This document shows, in pieces, positions 1 to 7,806 of a DNA stretch of 37,307 nucleotides. Origin of the DNA: a virus. The stretch spans positions 1-37,307 of the IMG/VR virus record IMGVR_UViG_3300002461_000488; one strand, written 5' to 3'. How positions within the stretch are numbered: position 1 is the first letter of the stretch; every line of letters begins with the position of its first letter. Position numbers and translations under genes: made by a program. The notes under the pieces were generated by a model. The model had not been told where the DNA came from. It saw only the letters and a program-made list of their open reading frames with translations, and searched no databases.

Positions 1-58
1 GTTTTTATTATAAAGATATACCTTTAAGAGATATATTATTTAATTTAAGATTAGAATA
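1..58. repeat. 58-nt terminal duplication, identical to 37250..37307 (circular-contig overlap)
   Basis: Base-by-base comparison of the two window ends gives 58/58 identity. An ORF stays in frame across the junction. Confidence 0.95.
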
Positions 59-149
59 TACAACATATAAAAATAATATTGATTTTCAATTTCAGTTAAG
101 TGAAATTAATATTGAAGAATTAAGAAAAAAAATTAATAAAGTTATATAA
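3..149 (+). CDS. 3' part of the junction-spanning ORF (same gene as 36970..37307); hypothetical acidic protein
   Basis: Frame continuity checked by hand: FYYKDIPLRDILFNLRLE is encoded at both ends, and the TAA stop is at 147-149. Confidence 0.6.
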   Translation, partial: FYYKDIPLRDILFNLRLEYTTYKNNIDFQFQLSEINIEELRKKINKVI

Positions 150-158
150 GGAAATAAA

Positions 159-701
159 ATGAAAGCAGATTTTTTAATATTAGATACTGAAACAACAGGT
201 TTAGATAATAATGCTGAAATTGTAGAAATTACAATTATAGATAATTTAGGTAATATTTTAATAAATGAATTAATTAAACCTAAAAACAAAATACCACAAG
301 AAGTAATTAATATACACGGTATAACTAATGAAATGGTAAAAAATAAAAACAATTGGGATTTTTGGAAAAATAAAGTTGAAAATATTTTAAATAATAATGT
401 ATGTTATATTTATAATAAAGGTTATGATGTTAGACTTATGGAGCAATCATCAAAACAATATAATTTAAATTTTAATACTAATTGTGTTTTTAAATGTGCA
501 ATGAATGAATACTCAATATATAATAATGAGTGGAACCCATACCATAATAATTATAAATGGATAAAATTAACAAATGCTTATGAACACGCAATAAAAAATA
601 AAAAACTTACTCCATTAAATATTGTAGCCCATAGAGCATTAGGTGATTGTATTATGACATTAGAAGTAGTTAATTTTTTAAAAGAAAGAGGTTTAATATG
701 A
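159..701 (+). CDS. DnaQ-like DEDDh 3'-5' exonuclease (Pol III epsilon family)
   Basis: ExoI motif LILDTETTGL near the N-terminus and ExoIII motif HRALGDC near the C-terminus. RBS aaggaaat lies upstream of the ATG. Confidence 0.85.
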   Translation: MKADFLILDTETTGLDNNAEIVEITIIDNLGNILINELIKPKNKIPQEVINIHGITNEMVKNKNNWDFWKNKVENILNNNVCYIYNKGYDVRLMEQSSKQYNLNFNTNCVFKCAMNEYSIYNNEWNPYHNNYKWIKLTNAYEHAIKNKKLTPLNIVAHRALGDCIMTLEVVNFLKERGLI

Positions 702-904
702 ATTTAATTAAAATATATGGTGATTTAAAATATCAATTAGCAAATATTGAAAATAATATATTTCAATGTGGTGGAACTAAACAAGATATTACTTATGAAC
801 TTAAAACAGCAAGATTAATACACATAATAGAATATAGATTTAAAATACTTAATTGGAAACCAATTAACAAACAAAGATTTAGAGAAAAAATAGAACTATT
901 ATAA
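698..904 (+). CDS. hypothetical protein (68 aa)
   Basis: ATGA start/stop overlap with the upstream gene suggests translational coupling. No recognisable motif. Confidence 0.5.
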   Translation: MNLIKIYGDLKYQLANIENNIFQCGGTKQDITYELKTARLIHIIEYRFKILNWKPINKQRFREKIELL

Positions 905-996
905 TATAATTAATACTGTTACTTTTATATATAAAAAATATAGAGTAACGGTGTTGTATTTATATTTAAAATATTATAACTTTTTATAATTAAATC

Positions 997-1029
997 AAGC
1001 CATTATTTTTATGATGGCTTTTTGTTTTT
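997..1029 (+). terminator. rho-independent terminator
   Basis: Hairpin AAGCCATTAT / ATGATGGCTT followed by a T-rich run. Confidence 0.6.
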
Positions 1030-1072
1030 ATTTTGATATAATTTATTTAATAAAAATATAAAGGCAAATTAT

Positions 1073-1579
1073 ATGACAACAATAGTTATAGATAAAAAGA
1101 ATAAAAAAATGTTTGCTGACACAAAATTAACATTGGATAATATAAGTGCAACAGAAACAATAAAGATATTTAAAGAGGTTTTAAAGGACGGTTCAGAGGT
1201 TATTATTGGTATTGCTGGTGCTTATCTTAATGGGCTTAAATTAAAGGATTATTTGGTGGAAGTAGGATACCCTAATCAAGATAAAAAACTTAAACCTAAT
1301 TTTTATGATTTCACAAATGAAGATCCAAACAGTTCAGATAATGATTTTGAATTAGTTATTTTATATAAAAATAAAAAAATAATTAGTTATAGTTTAAATT
1401 TAATACCAATGGAAATAATAGAAGATCATTATTGTATTGGTAGTGGTGGAGATTATACAAAAGCAATTTTAATATATCAAAAAGATAATAACATTAAAAT
1501 TGATATTATAAGTGCTATTAAATCTGTAAGTAAAATTGATAAATCAACAAATGATAAAATAATGGTATTAAAATTATGA
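1073..1579 (+). CDS. HslV/proteasome beta-like Ntn-hydrolase peptidase
   Basis: N-terminal MTTIV, which would expose Thr after Met removal as in HslV. Also IKIFKEV (Lys33 region), VIIGIAGAY (like GFAGG) and CIGSGGDYTKAIL (like IGSGGPYA). No HslU-like ATPase gene is present. Confidence 0.7.
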   Translation: MTTIVIDKKNKKMFADTKLTLDNISATETIKIFKEVLKDGSEVIIGIAGAYLNGLKLKDYLVEVGYPNQDKKLKPNFYDFTNEDPNSSDNDFELVILYKNKKIISYSLNLIPMEIIEDHYCIGSGGDYTKAILIYQKDNNIKIDIISAIKSVSKIDKSTNDKIMVLKL

Positions 1580-1725
1580 AAACAAAAAAGAAAGAATTTA
1601 AAAAAAGAAACCCAGTAGTTATACAAATAATAAAAATGGGTTGGGGTTCTGGTGTTCATATTAAAACAAATAAAACTTTAAGAAGAAATTTAAAACAAGA
1701 ATTAAAAAAGGGTAACTATGAATAA
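1576..1725 (+). CDS. small basic protein (49 aa), not in the supplied ORF track
   Basis: Hand translation: MKTKKKEFKKRNPVVIQIIKMGWGSGVHIKTNKTLRRNLKQELKKGNYE. ATGA overlap with the upstream stop, and it overlaps the next start. Confidence 0.4.
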   Translation: MKTKKKEFKKRNPVVIQIIKMGWGSGVHIKTNKTLRRNLKQELKKGNYE

Positions 1726-2371
1726 ACTTCCAAATGATATTTTAAAAATAATGAATGATAATATGGATTATTTATTAGAGCCAGTAAGTTTTGAACCATT
1801 AAAAATAATTAATAAAGAAAAATATTATTTATGTTTTGATGTTGGTTTGACTGGTTATTTTTCAATTATAAAATATATTAAAGGTAATTTTTTTAAAGTA
1901 ATACACAGTGAAAAAATACAAATTGAATTAAAAGAAGATAAACTATATAAAACAGACTCTAAAACAAAAAGTAAAGCAATTGTAAAAAACCAAGTTTGTT
2001 TTAAATCTAATTATGAAAGAATTAAATATTTATTAAATAAGTATTCAATTAAACCAAATGATTGCTTGGCATTTGCAGAACAATTAACACCTCGACCTTT
2101 TCATAGTAAAGTATCTATATTTAGTTTAGGAGATACTGGTGGTGTTTGTCGTTCAATATGTGAAGTATTAAATATTAAGTATTTAGTTATTCCACCAAAG
2201 ATTTGGAAAGATGGTATTGGTGTTACAAGTGAGAAAGAAACAAGTATAGAGTTTTTTAAACAAAATATATTAATAAGTGAAGAAGTTAAACCATTTTTTA
2301 ATTTACATAAAAAACTTAATCATAACCAAGTTGAAAGTGTTTTAATTGCATATTGGTATTATAAACTTTAA
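1718..2371 (+). CDS. putative RuvC-like Holliday junction resolvase
   Basis: CFDVGLTG (first acidic motif), AFAEQ, and C-terminal NQVESVLIAYWY resembling the D/E-x-x-A-x-A motif of RuvC-fold nucleases. Confidence 0.4.
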   Translation: MNKLPNDILKIMNDNMDYLLEPVSFEPLKIINKEKYYLCFDVGLTGYFSIIKYIKGNFFKVIHSEKIQIELKEDKLYKTDSKTKSKAIVKNQVCFKSNYERIKYLLNKYSIKPNDCLAFAEQLTPRPFHSKVSIFSLGDTGGVCRSICEVLNIKYLVIPPKIWKDGIGVTSEKETSIEFFKQNILISEEVKPFFNLHKKLNHNQVESVLIAYWYYKL

Positions 2372-2373
2372 AA

Positions 2374-2744
2374 CTACACACTTTTTAAAATTAATTACAC
2401 ATTTATTACACAACTACACACTCAACGTGTAGGTTTTTGTGTAGGTTTTTTTTCTTGTAAGTTATTGATTTTATTATATATTTATATCTTTATATACTAC
2501 TACTACACACTACACAATAAAAGATAGATATAAGAGAGATAAAAAGAGTTAAATAAATATTAATTATATAAATATCTCTTAAATACCCCCTGTCTATATT
2601 TATCGAAAAAGTGTGTAGTTAGTTCAAAAATGCTATTTTTCTTAATAAAATCAACGATCTAGACTACACGTTTAGGTGTGTAATTAGTATTTTAAAGCGT
2701 GTAGTTGTGTAGGAATTAATTAAAAACGTGTAATAAATGTGTAG
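2374..2744. repeat. iteron array: about 15 copies of CTACAC(A/G) / GTGTAG (variants TTACACA / GTGTAA); putative origin or operator region
   Basis: Forward copies start at 2374, 2395, 2406, 2414, 2503, 2510 and 2664. Reverse copies start at 2427, 2439, 2611, 2676, 2699, 2707, 2728 and 2739. They flank an A/T-rich core. Confidence 0.7.
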
Positions 2745-2780
2745 AAATATATATAAATATGTAGGAATTTATAAAAAATA

Positions 2781-2809
2781 TTGACTTTTCAATTTTTACC
2801 ATTATAAAT
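2781..2809 (+). promoter_or_regulatory. class-A promoter (TTGACT + 12-mer variant TTACCATTATAA)
   Basis: TTGACT at 2781-2786 and the 12-mer at 2796-2807, with one mismatch to the consensus. Confidence 0.55.
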
Positions 2810-2845
2810 ATATATAAGGTAAGTATATTTTATAAGAAGAAAAAA

Positions 2846-3520
2846 ATGATTGATTTAAACACTATAACAACAGATAAATTTTTAAATGGAATAAACACAT
2901 TGATTAATAAACAAGAAATTGGTTTTTATAAATTATTAAATATTAAAATTACAGAAAAGCATAAAGAAATTATTAATACAGCAATTACATTAAGAAAATT
3001 AGTTAATGAAGATAGAGGGGTTGATAGTATAGAACAATACCAGCGACTTAATCCTGAACAAATAGACCTTAAAGCAATGATTGGTGAGTATATGTTCAGT
3101 AAATTATTATATATTATATCGACCAATGAAAAACAAAACCATATTGAAGTTATAACCCCTCCGTTTGCAGAAATGATTTTAAATAAAAAGAAACAAGATA
3201 TTGAAATAATTAAATATACAGATTATAAACAACAAGAAATTATTGATTACAAAACATTTGATATAAAAAGCCAATTTAAAAATAACAAAAATAATAATTT
3301 AAATATTAATATAAAAAGTTTTGATAGAATGAAAAAGCAAAGTAAGTTTTTTATATATGCAGAAATTGATGGAACACAAAACGATTTTACAACTAATAAT
3401 AATGTAAACTTTTATTTTATAAATAATGATTGGTATGAACAAAACTCTATTGAAGTATTAATATCAACATTTAAGAAATTTACACCATATAGATCTTTAC
3501 CATTAAAATTATTTAATTAA
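2846..3520 (+). CDS. hypothetical protein, weak PD-(D/E)XK-like pattern
   Basis: GEYMFSK ... IDYKTFDIKSQ ... FFIYAEIDG. Has its own class-A promoter and lies next to the iteron array. Confidence 0.5.
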   Translation: MIDLNTITTDKFLNGINTLINKQEIGFYKLLNIKITEKHKEIINTAITLRKLVNEDRGVDSIEQYQRLNPEQIDLKAMIGEYMFSKLLYIISTNEKQNHIEVITPPFAEMILNKKKQDIEIIKYTDYKQQEIIDYKTFDIKSQFKNNKNNNLNINIKSFDRMKKQSKFFIYAEIDGTQNDFTTNNNVNFYFINNDWYEQNSIEVLISTFKKFTPYRSLPLKLFN

Positions 3521-3533
3521 TTTATAAAAGTCA

Positions 3534-3562
3534 TTGACATTTATAAAATACCAGTATAAAAT
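3534..3562 (+). promoter_or_regulatory. class-A promoter (TTGACA + ATACCAGTATAAAAT)
   Basis: TTGACA at 3534-3539, a 17-nt spacer to TAAAAT, and a conserved TACCAGTATAA core. Confidence 0.65.
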
Positions 3563-3592
3563 ATAAATACATTAACAAAGGAGAAATCAAAA

Positions 3593-3781
3593 ATGCCACA
3601 TTTAAATTATGTATATAAAGTAAAGAAAGAAGATCGTAATGATTTTCAAGCACAATTTATGATACCACAAGATTTGTGGTTAGAATTTAAAAATGCTTGT
3701 AAAAATGCTGGAACTACACCAAGTAAAGAATTAAGAAATAAAATTCGTGAAACTTTACATTTAGAGGTAGTAGTTAAGTAA
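3593..3781 (+). CDS. ribbon-helix-helix (Arc/CopG-like) DNA-binding protein
   Basis: Beta-strand FQAQFMIPQDL followed by helices WLEFKNACKNAGTTPSKELRNKIRETL. RBS aaggag. Confidence 0.65.
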   Translation: MPHLNYVYKVKKEDRNDFQAQFMIPQDLWLEFKNACKNAGTTPSKELRNKIRETLHLEVVVK

Positions 3782-3862
3782 GTTTAGTAGGTTAATAGTT
3801 TTAAAGGTTTCTATTTAAAAAACCTTTATAAAAACAAAACCATTATAATATAGGAGATAAAA

Positions 3863-5983
3863 ATGGAAAAAAATAATAATAAGTTGGATTTATTAAAACA
3901 ACAGTCAATCGATGTAAGTGTAAATTTTTTACATAATTTAAGTAAAACAGAAAACTTTAATGAAATGAGCCGTGAGCAAATAAGAAGTGCTTGTAATAGT
4001 GCTGTTAAAACTCAAATTGGTAGAACAAATGAAGTTGAGTTATGTTCTTTTATTGAAGAAGCCCTTGATGCAATTATAATAATTGTTAAAGATTTAAATA
4101 AAGATTGTATTCTTACAAATAGATTAAGCAATGGTAAAACTATTGTTGAAATGACAGAAAAAGAATATTTAGAAACAGATGAGGGTTCTATTGATATTTT
4201 TGCAACTGAATGGGAAAATGCAAATATTAAAAAAGAAACTTTTAAAGAAGTTAAATTTAATTCAATGCTTGAAGAAGAAATTAAAGAAAAATCTATTGCT
4301 ATAAGAAAAGAAAAACAATTAAATTCAAAAACTGATCGTTTTGGTTTTAAATGCTTGGGATATAAAGATGATAAAAATTATGTTTGGAGCAATTTTAAAC
4401 AAGCATTATTTGTTGTTACACAAAAAGATTTGGCAAAAAACAATTATATAAATATGTTTGGTTTAAATTTTTTAGAGGCTACATATTCAAAATATAATCA
4501 TAAAGGCGAGTATGTTGGAATAGATACAACAAAACTATCTGGCGATATTATTGATGGTTGTGTTAATGCTGGTGTATTTAATTTAAGAAATATGTATGGT
4601 TTTGGTATATTTGTTGATCCACAAAATAAAGATCATTTAATTATTAATGGTGAAGAGATATGGGGAACAAATCCAGAATTTAAAGGCGATAGAGTATTTG
4701 GTAAAAATGTTTTTGCTAATATTAAAGATTTAGATTTTCCAAGTAATATTGAAGTTGCAACAAAAGAAGAAACAAAAGAATGGTATGATTTAATTGGCAC
4801 TTGGAATTACAAAAGAGGATTACAAGATCAATTATTAGTTTTTGGTTGGTCAATAGTTGCTCCTTTCTCTGGTGTTTTAAATTGGAGAACACATTTTAGT
4901 TTAACAGGAGAACAAGGAACTGGTAAATCAACATTACAAACAGGAATGGGTAATTTTATGGGTGAGTTTGCTTTGGTATTTGATGGACAATCAAGCGAGG
5001 CTGGTATTAGGCAAAAAGTTGGATCAAGTAGTTGTGCTGTGTTAATTGATGAGGCTGAGGCTAATTCAACAAAGATTGCACAAACATTAACATTTTTTAG
5101 AACAGCAAGTAGTTCAGGTATAGTTGCAAAAGGAACAAGTGATCAAACTGGTATGGATTTTATTCTTAAATTAACTGGTATGATTGGTGGTATTGTTGCA
5201 CCAGCATTAAATCCAGCAGATTTAAGCCGTTTTTTAAGAATTGAATTATTACCAAAAGGAGAGAAAGTACACCCATTATTATTTGATATTGAAAGACAAA
5301 ATGAAATTGGTAAAAAAACAATTATGTTTATCATTAAAAATTACAAAATGTTTAAATCTGTATGTAAAAAAGTAAGAAAAAACTTATTGGCTGATTATGA
5401 TAATTCAAGATATGCTGACAGTTTTACTACTTTAATTTCCGGTGCATACATTGGTTTAAATCAAAATGATAATGACTCTGATATTGCTGAATTTATGAAA
5501 CATTTTAATTTTGAGAAAGAAAAAATACAAATGTCTAATAAAGATCATAATAACTTATTAAACAAAATACTTAAAACAAGTTTTAGAAGTGAGGTTGGTA
5601 TGTATTCTGTTATTGAAATGATAAACGGATTATTTAATAAAGATAACGATATTGAAATGAAAAAGGATTTAAAAAGAACATTGGGACGTAATGGTATGAA
5701 AGTTGAAGAAACAGAGGGAAGTTTTAAATTGTTTATGTCAACCAAAGATGATAACTTTATTAAGATATTTAGAGGTAGTAAATTTGATGCTGGTGATATT
5801 ACTTCTGTTATTACTCGTGTTGATGGTAGTGAGTTATTAAAGGATAGTATAATGATAGGTGGAACAAGATCACAAAGATCAACAGTTGTTGTTATTGATT
5901 TACCTAAAAAAGATTATTCATTTAGAGAAGAAGACACAAAAGTAATAACAGTTATTGAAGATGATGAAATACCTTTTAATTAA
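3863..5983 (+). CDS. P-loop replicative NTPase, primase/helicase-like (SF3/D5- or DUF927-type)
   Basis: Walker A GEQGTGKST and Walker B AVLIDEAE in the central region, with a large N-terminal domain. RBS taggagataa. Confidence 0.55.
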   Translation: MEKNNNKLDLLKQQSIDVSVNFLHNLSKTENFNEMSREQIRSACNSAVKTQIGRTNEVELCSFIEEALDAIIIIVKDLNKDCILTNRLSNGKTIVEMTEKEYLETDEGSIDIFATEWENANIKKETFKEVKFNSMLEEEIKEKSIAIRKEKQLNSKTDRFGFKCLGYKDDKNYVWSNFKQALFVVTQKDLAKNNYINMFGLNFLEATYSKYNHKGEYVGIDTTKLSGDIIDGCVNAGVFNLRNMYGFGIFVDPQNKDHLIINGEEIWGTNPEFKGDRVFGKNVFANIKDLDFPSNIEVATKEETKEWYDLIGTWNYKRGLQDQLLVFGWSIVAPFSGVLNWRTHFSLTGEQGTGKSTLQTGMGNFMGEFALVFDGQSSEAGIRQKVGSSSCAVLIDEAEANSTKIAQTLTFFRTASSSGIVAKGTSDQTGMDFILKLTGMIGGIVAPALNPADLSRFLRIELLPKGEKVHPLLFDIERQNEIGKKTIMFIIKNYKMFKSVCKKVRKNLLADYDNSRYADSFTTLISGAYIGLNQNDNDSDIAEFMKHFNFEKEKIQMSNKDHNNLLNKILKTSFRSEVGMYSVIEMINGLFNKDNDIEMKKDLKRTLGRNGMKVEETEGSFKLFMSTKDDNFIKIFRGSKFDAGDITSVITRVDGSELLKDSIMIGGTRSQRSTVVVIDLPKKDYSFREEDTKVITVIEDDEIPFN

Positions 5984-6001
5984 TTAGTATAAAAATAATA
6001 A

Positions 6002-6025
6002 GCCCCATTTAATGGGGTTTTATTT
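6002..6025 (+). terminator. rho-independent terminator
   Basis: GCCCCATT / AATGGGGT hairpin followed by T-rich sequence. Confidence 0.7.
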
Positions 6026-6098
6026 ATTACATAAAGGGATTGTATTTTGTATTAGTTGTGATATAATTTACTGTATATACAATAAGAGTTAGGAATAT

Positions 6099-6440
6099 AT
6101 GAAACAAAAACAATTTGATACTAATATTATATTTAGAACAACATTAACATTAAAAGATAAGTTTAAACAATGGTGTAAAGATAATAACACAACAATAAGT
6201 AAAGAGTTTAATAATCATATGGAGTCTATAATTAATAATAGACCAAGATTAAAGGATATGAAAGTTGAAACAATAAACGGTACTTACATAGGTAAAGGAC
6301 ACCCATTACATAGTTATTATGTAACAGATGAACAGTATGATAAGTTTAATACTCTGTATGGTAGTAATGTTGATAACTGTAATGATGAAGAGTTAAAGGC
6401 TTTATGTTTAGAGATAAAGCAAGCAAATGGTAATAGATAA
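6099..6440 (+). CDS. RHH-domain protein (paralog of 3593..3781) with C-terminal extension
   Basis: IIFRTTLTLKDKFKQWCKDNNTTISKEFNNHMESII parallels the RHH of the 62-aa protein, sharing a TT-x-SKE segment. Confidence 0.55.
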   Translation: MKQKQFDTNIIFRTTLTLKDKFKQWCKDNNTTISKEFNNHMESIINNRPRLKDMKVETINGTYIGKGHPLHSYYVTDEQYDKFNTLYGSNVDNCNDEELKALCLEIKQANGNR

Positions 6441-6454
6441 TAGAGAGGTTTAAT

Positions 6455-6832
6455 ATGTATAACAACTATAATAACTACGATGATAATGTAATGGAAGAAG
6501 AACTATTTAATAATAATAGTAAGCAATTAAGTAAGAGTTCAAAGACTATGGAAGAAACAACTAATGATATGTTAAAGTTGTTTGTTCGTGAGAATAAGAC
6601 AACAGTATTAAAAGATTTAACTGTTGGTTATGTTATGTTTATGAAAGATATAAACAACTCAAAGTTATATATTGATAGTGTTAATACATTAAAGAATAAG
6701 TACAATGCCTTTATGATAGATGTATATTATGATTACAGAAATATTAATAAGAGTATAAGTGAGGCTGGTTATCTTCGTTATGCTAATGGTAAGTTGAATG
6801 AGTTACTTAAACAAAGATACTTGGTTAGTTAA
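6455..6832 (+). CDS. hypothetical protein (125 aa)
   Basis: ORF with RBS gagagg upstream. No motif recognised. Confidence 0.5.
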   Translation: MYNNYNNYDDNVMEEELFNNNSKQLSKSSKTMEETTNDMLKLFVRENKTTVLKDLTVGYVMFMKDINNSKLYIDSVNTLKNKYNAFMIDVYYDYRNINKSISEAGYLRYANGKLNELLKQRYLVS

Positions 6833-6884
6833 TCAATGCACAATGTTGGTGCATATATAAAAATAAAACATTATATAAATTTTT

Positions 6885-6937
6885 AGGTTCTCCCGCAAGG
6901 GTAAAACATTAAAGCGGTGGAACAGCGTCGAGGTTAT
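6885..6937. other. GC-rich island immediately upstream of the terminase genes; candidate cosN region
   Basis: aggttctcccgcaagggtaaaacattaaagcggtggaacagcgtcgaggttatc stands out in an otherwise A/T-rich intergenic region. It occupies the position that cos holds in lambda-like GpA-terminase phages. Confidence 0.35.
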
Positions 6938-6998
6938 CTTTTTACGAGTTTTTAAAATTTAGTTTACTTTACTTTTTAGTTTACTTTTTCCAAGAAAT

Positions 6999-7070
6999 AA
7001 AAAAAACCATCAATAGGAGTTGATGGCTTCTTTCATAGGGAGATAACAATGAAATTATTTTAATAATCTC
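6999..7070 (-). ncRNA. candidate ~70-nt antisense small RNA carrying an anti-Shine-Dalgarno stretch
   Basis: It lies between a near-consensus minus-strand promoter (7077-7105) and a minus-oriented intrinsic terminator: CCATCAA/TTGATGG hairpin at 7007-7026 plus an 8-nt U run from A8 at 6999-7006. No plausible ORF. Confidence 0.35.
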
Positions 7071-7076
7071 AATTTA

Positions 7077-7105
7077 ATTATATTGTATATACATAAAAAA
7101 GTCAA
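7077..7105 (-). promoter_or_regulatory. minus-strand sigma70-like promoter TTGACT-17nt-TATAAT
   Basis: The reverse complement of 7077-7105 reads TTGACTTTTTTATGTATATACAATATAAT. The spacer contains the GTATATAC palindrome. Confidence 0.6.
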
Positions 7106-7218
7106 TCATATTTTTAAAATATATTTAATTTACTTTACTTTACTTTTAAACTTTCTATTTAAGAAATTTTTGATATAATTCTTTTAAGTATATACAATAA
7201 AATATAAAGGTTTTTAAA

Positions 7219-7806
7219 ATGACAATTAAACAAGATAATAAAAAATTTTGTAATCAAGTAGAATTTGCAAAAATTATAGATAAAACTAAACAATATGTAA
7301 CTACTTTAAAAAAAGAAAGTAAATTAGTATTTAAAGGTAAATTAATTGATGTTGATGAAACATTAAAACTTTTAGAAAAATTAAGTGATCCAGCCAAAAA
7401 GAAAACAAATTTTATAAAAGATATACCAAAAGATATTAAAGGAGATTTAACAGAAGAAGAAATAGAAAATATTTTAGAAAATGAAGATCCAAATGATTTT
7501 AACCAATCTAAAAGTCGTAAAGAATATTATTTATCAAAAATTTCACAATTAAATTTTTTAAAAGAAAGTGATAAACTTATTGAAAGAGAACTTGTAGAAT
7601 TACAATATTTTAATGTTTCAAGATTATTAAGAGATAAAATATTTAATATTAAATATAGAATAGCAAATCAATTATCTATTATGTCTGATCCAGTTGAAAT
7701 TTCTAATTTATTAGATAAAGAATTTAGGCTTGTGTTTAGTGAAATAGTTGATGAAGTAGAAAAACAACTTAAAGAATTAGAAAATGATTATGATAAAGAC
7801 GAATAA
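7219..7806 (+). CDS. terminase small subunit (Nu1-like, N-terminal HTH)
   Basis: N-terminal HTH-like NQVEFAKIIDKTKQYVTTLKK, coiled C-terminal half, and a position directly upstream of and overlapping TerL. Confidence 0.65.
   Translation: MTIKQDNKKFCNQVEFAKIIDKTKQYVTTLKKESKLVFKGKLIDVDETLKLLEKLSDPAKKKTNFIKDIPKDIKGDLTEEEIENILENEDPNDFNQSKSRKEYYLSKISQLNFLKESDKLIERELVELQYFNVSRLLRDKIFNIKYRIANQLSIMSDPVEISNLLDKEFRLVFSEIVDEVEKQLKELENDYDKDE

Larger units (their letters stand above)
6941..7147 (+). repeat. same-orientation TTTAC pentamer repeats (candidate TerS binding / cosB-like sites)
   Basis: TTTACGAG at 6941, GTTTACTTTACTTTTTAGTTTACTTTTT at 6962-6989, and TTTACTTTACTTTACTTTT at 7129-7147. Confidence 0.4.

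Noticed and set aside
1-58. The terminal repeat as a physical direct terminal repeat or att site
   Set aside because: A coding frame passes through it without interruption, and the terminase is a cos-type GpA enzyme. A circular-assembly overlap is the simpler explanation.
92-352. 86-aa minus-strand ORF overlapping the exonuclease start
   Set aside because: It is antisense to the DnaQ-like gene, whose motifs are clear, and its hydrophobic product is low-complexity.
2374-2744. The repeat field as a CRISPR array
   Set aside because: The repeats are only 6-8 nt long, occur in both orientations and have irregular spacing. There is no repeat-spacer periodicity and no cas genes.
7036-7065. The + strand mini-gene tagggagataacaATGaaattattttaa (4 codons)
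   Set aside because: It has an RBS-like sequence and an ATG but encodes only MKLF. It is more likely the complement of the antisense RNA body or a degenerate remnant.
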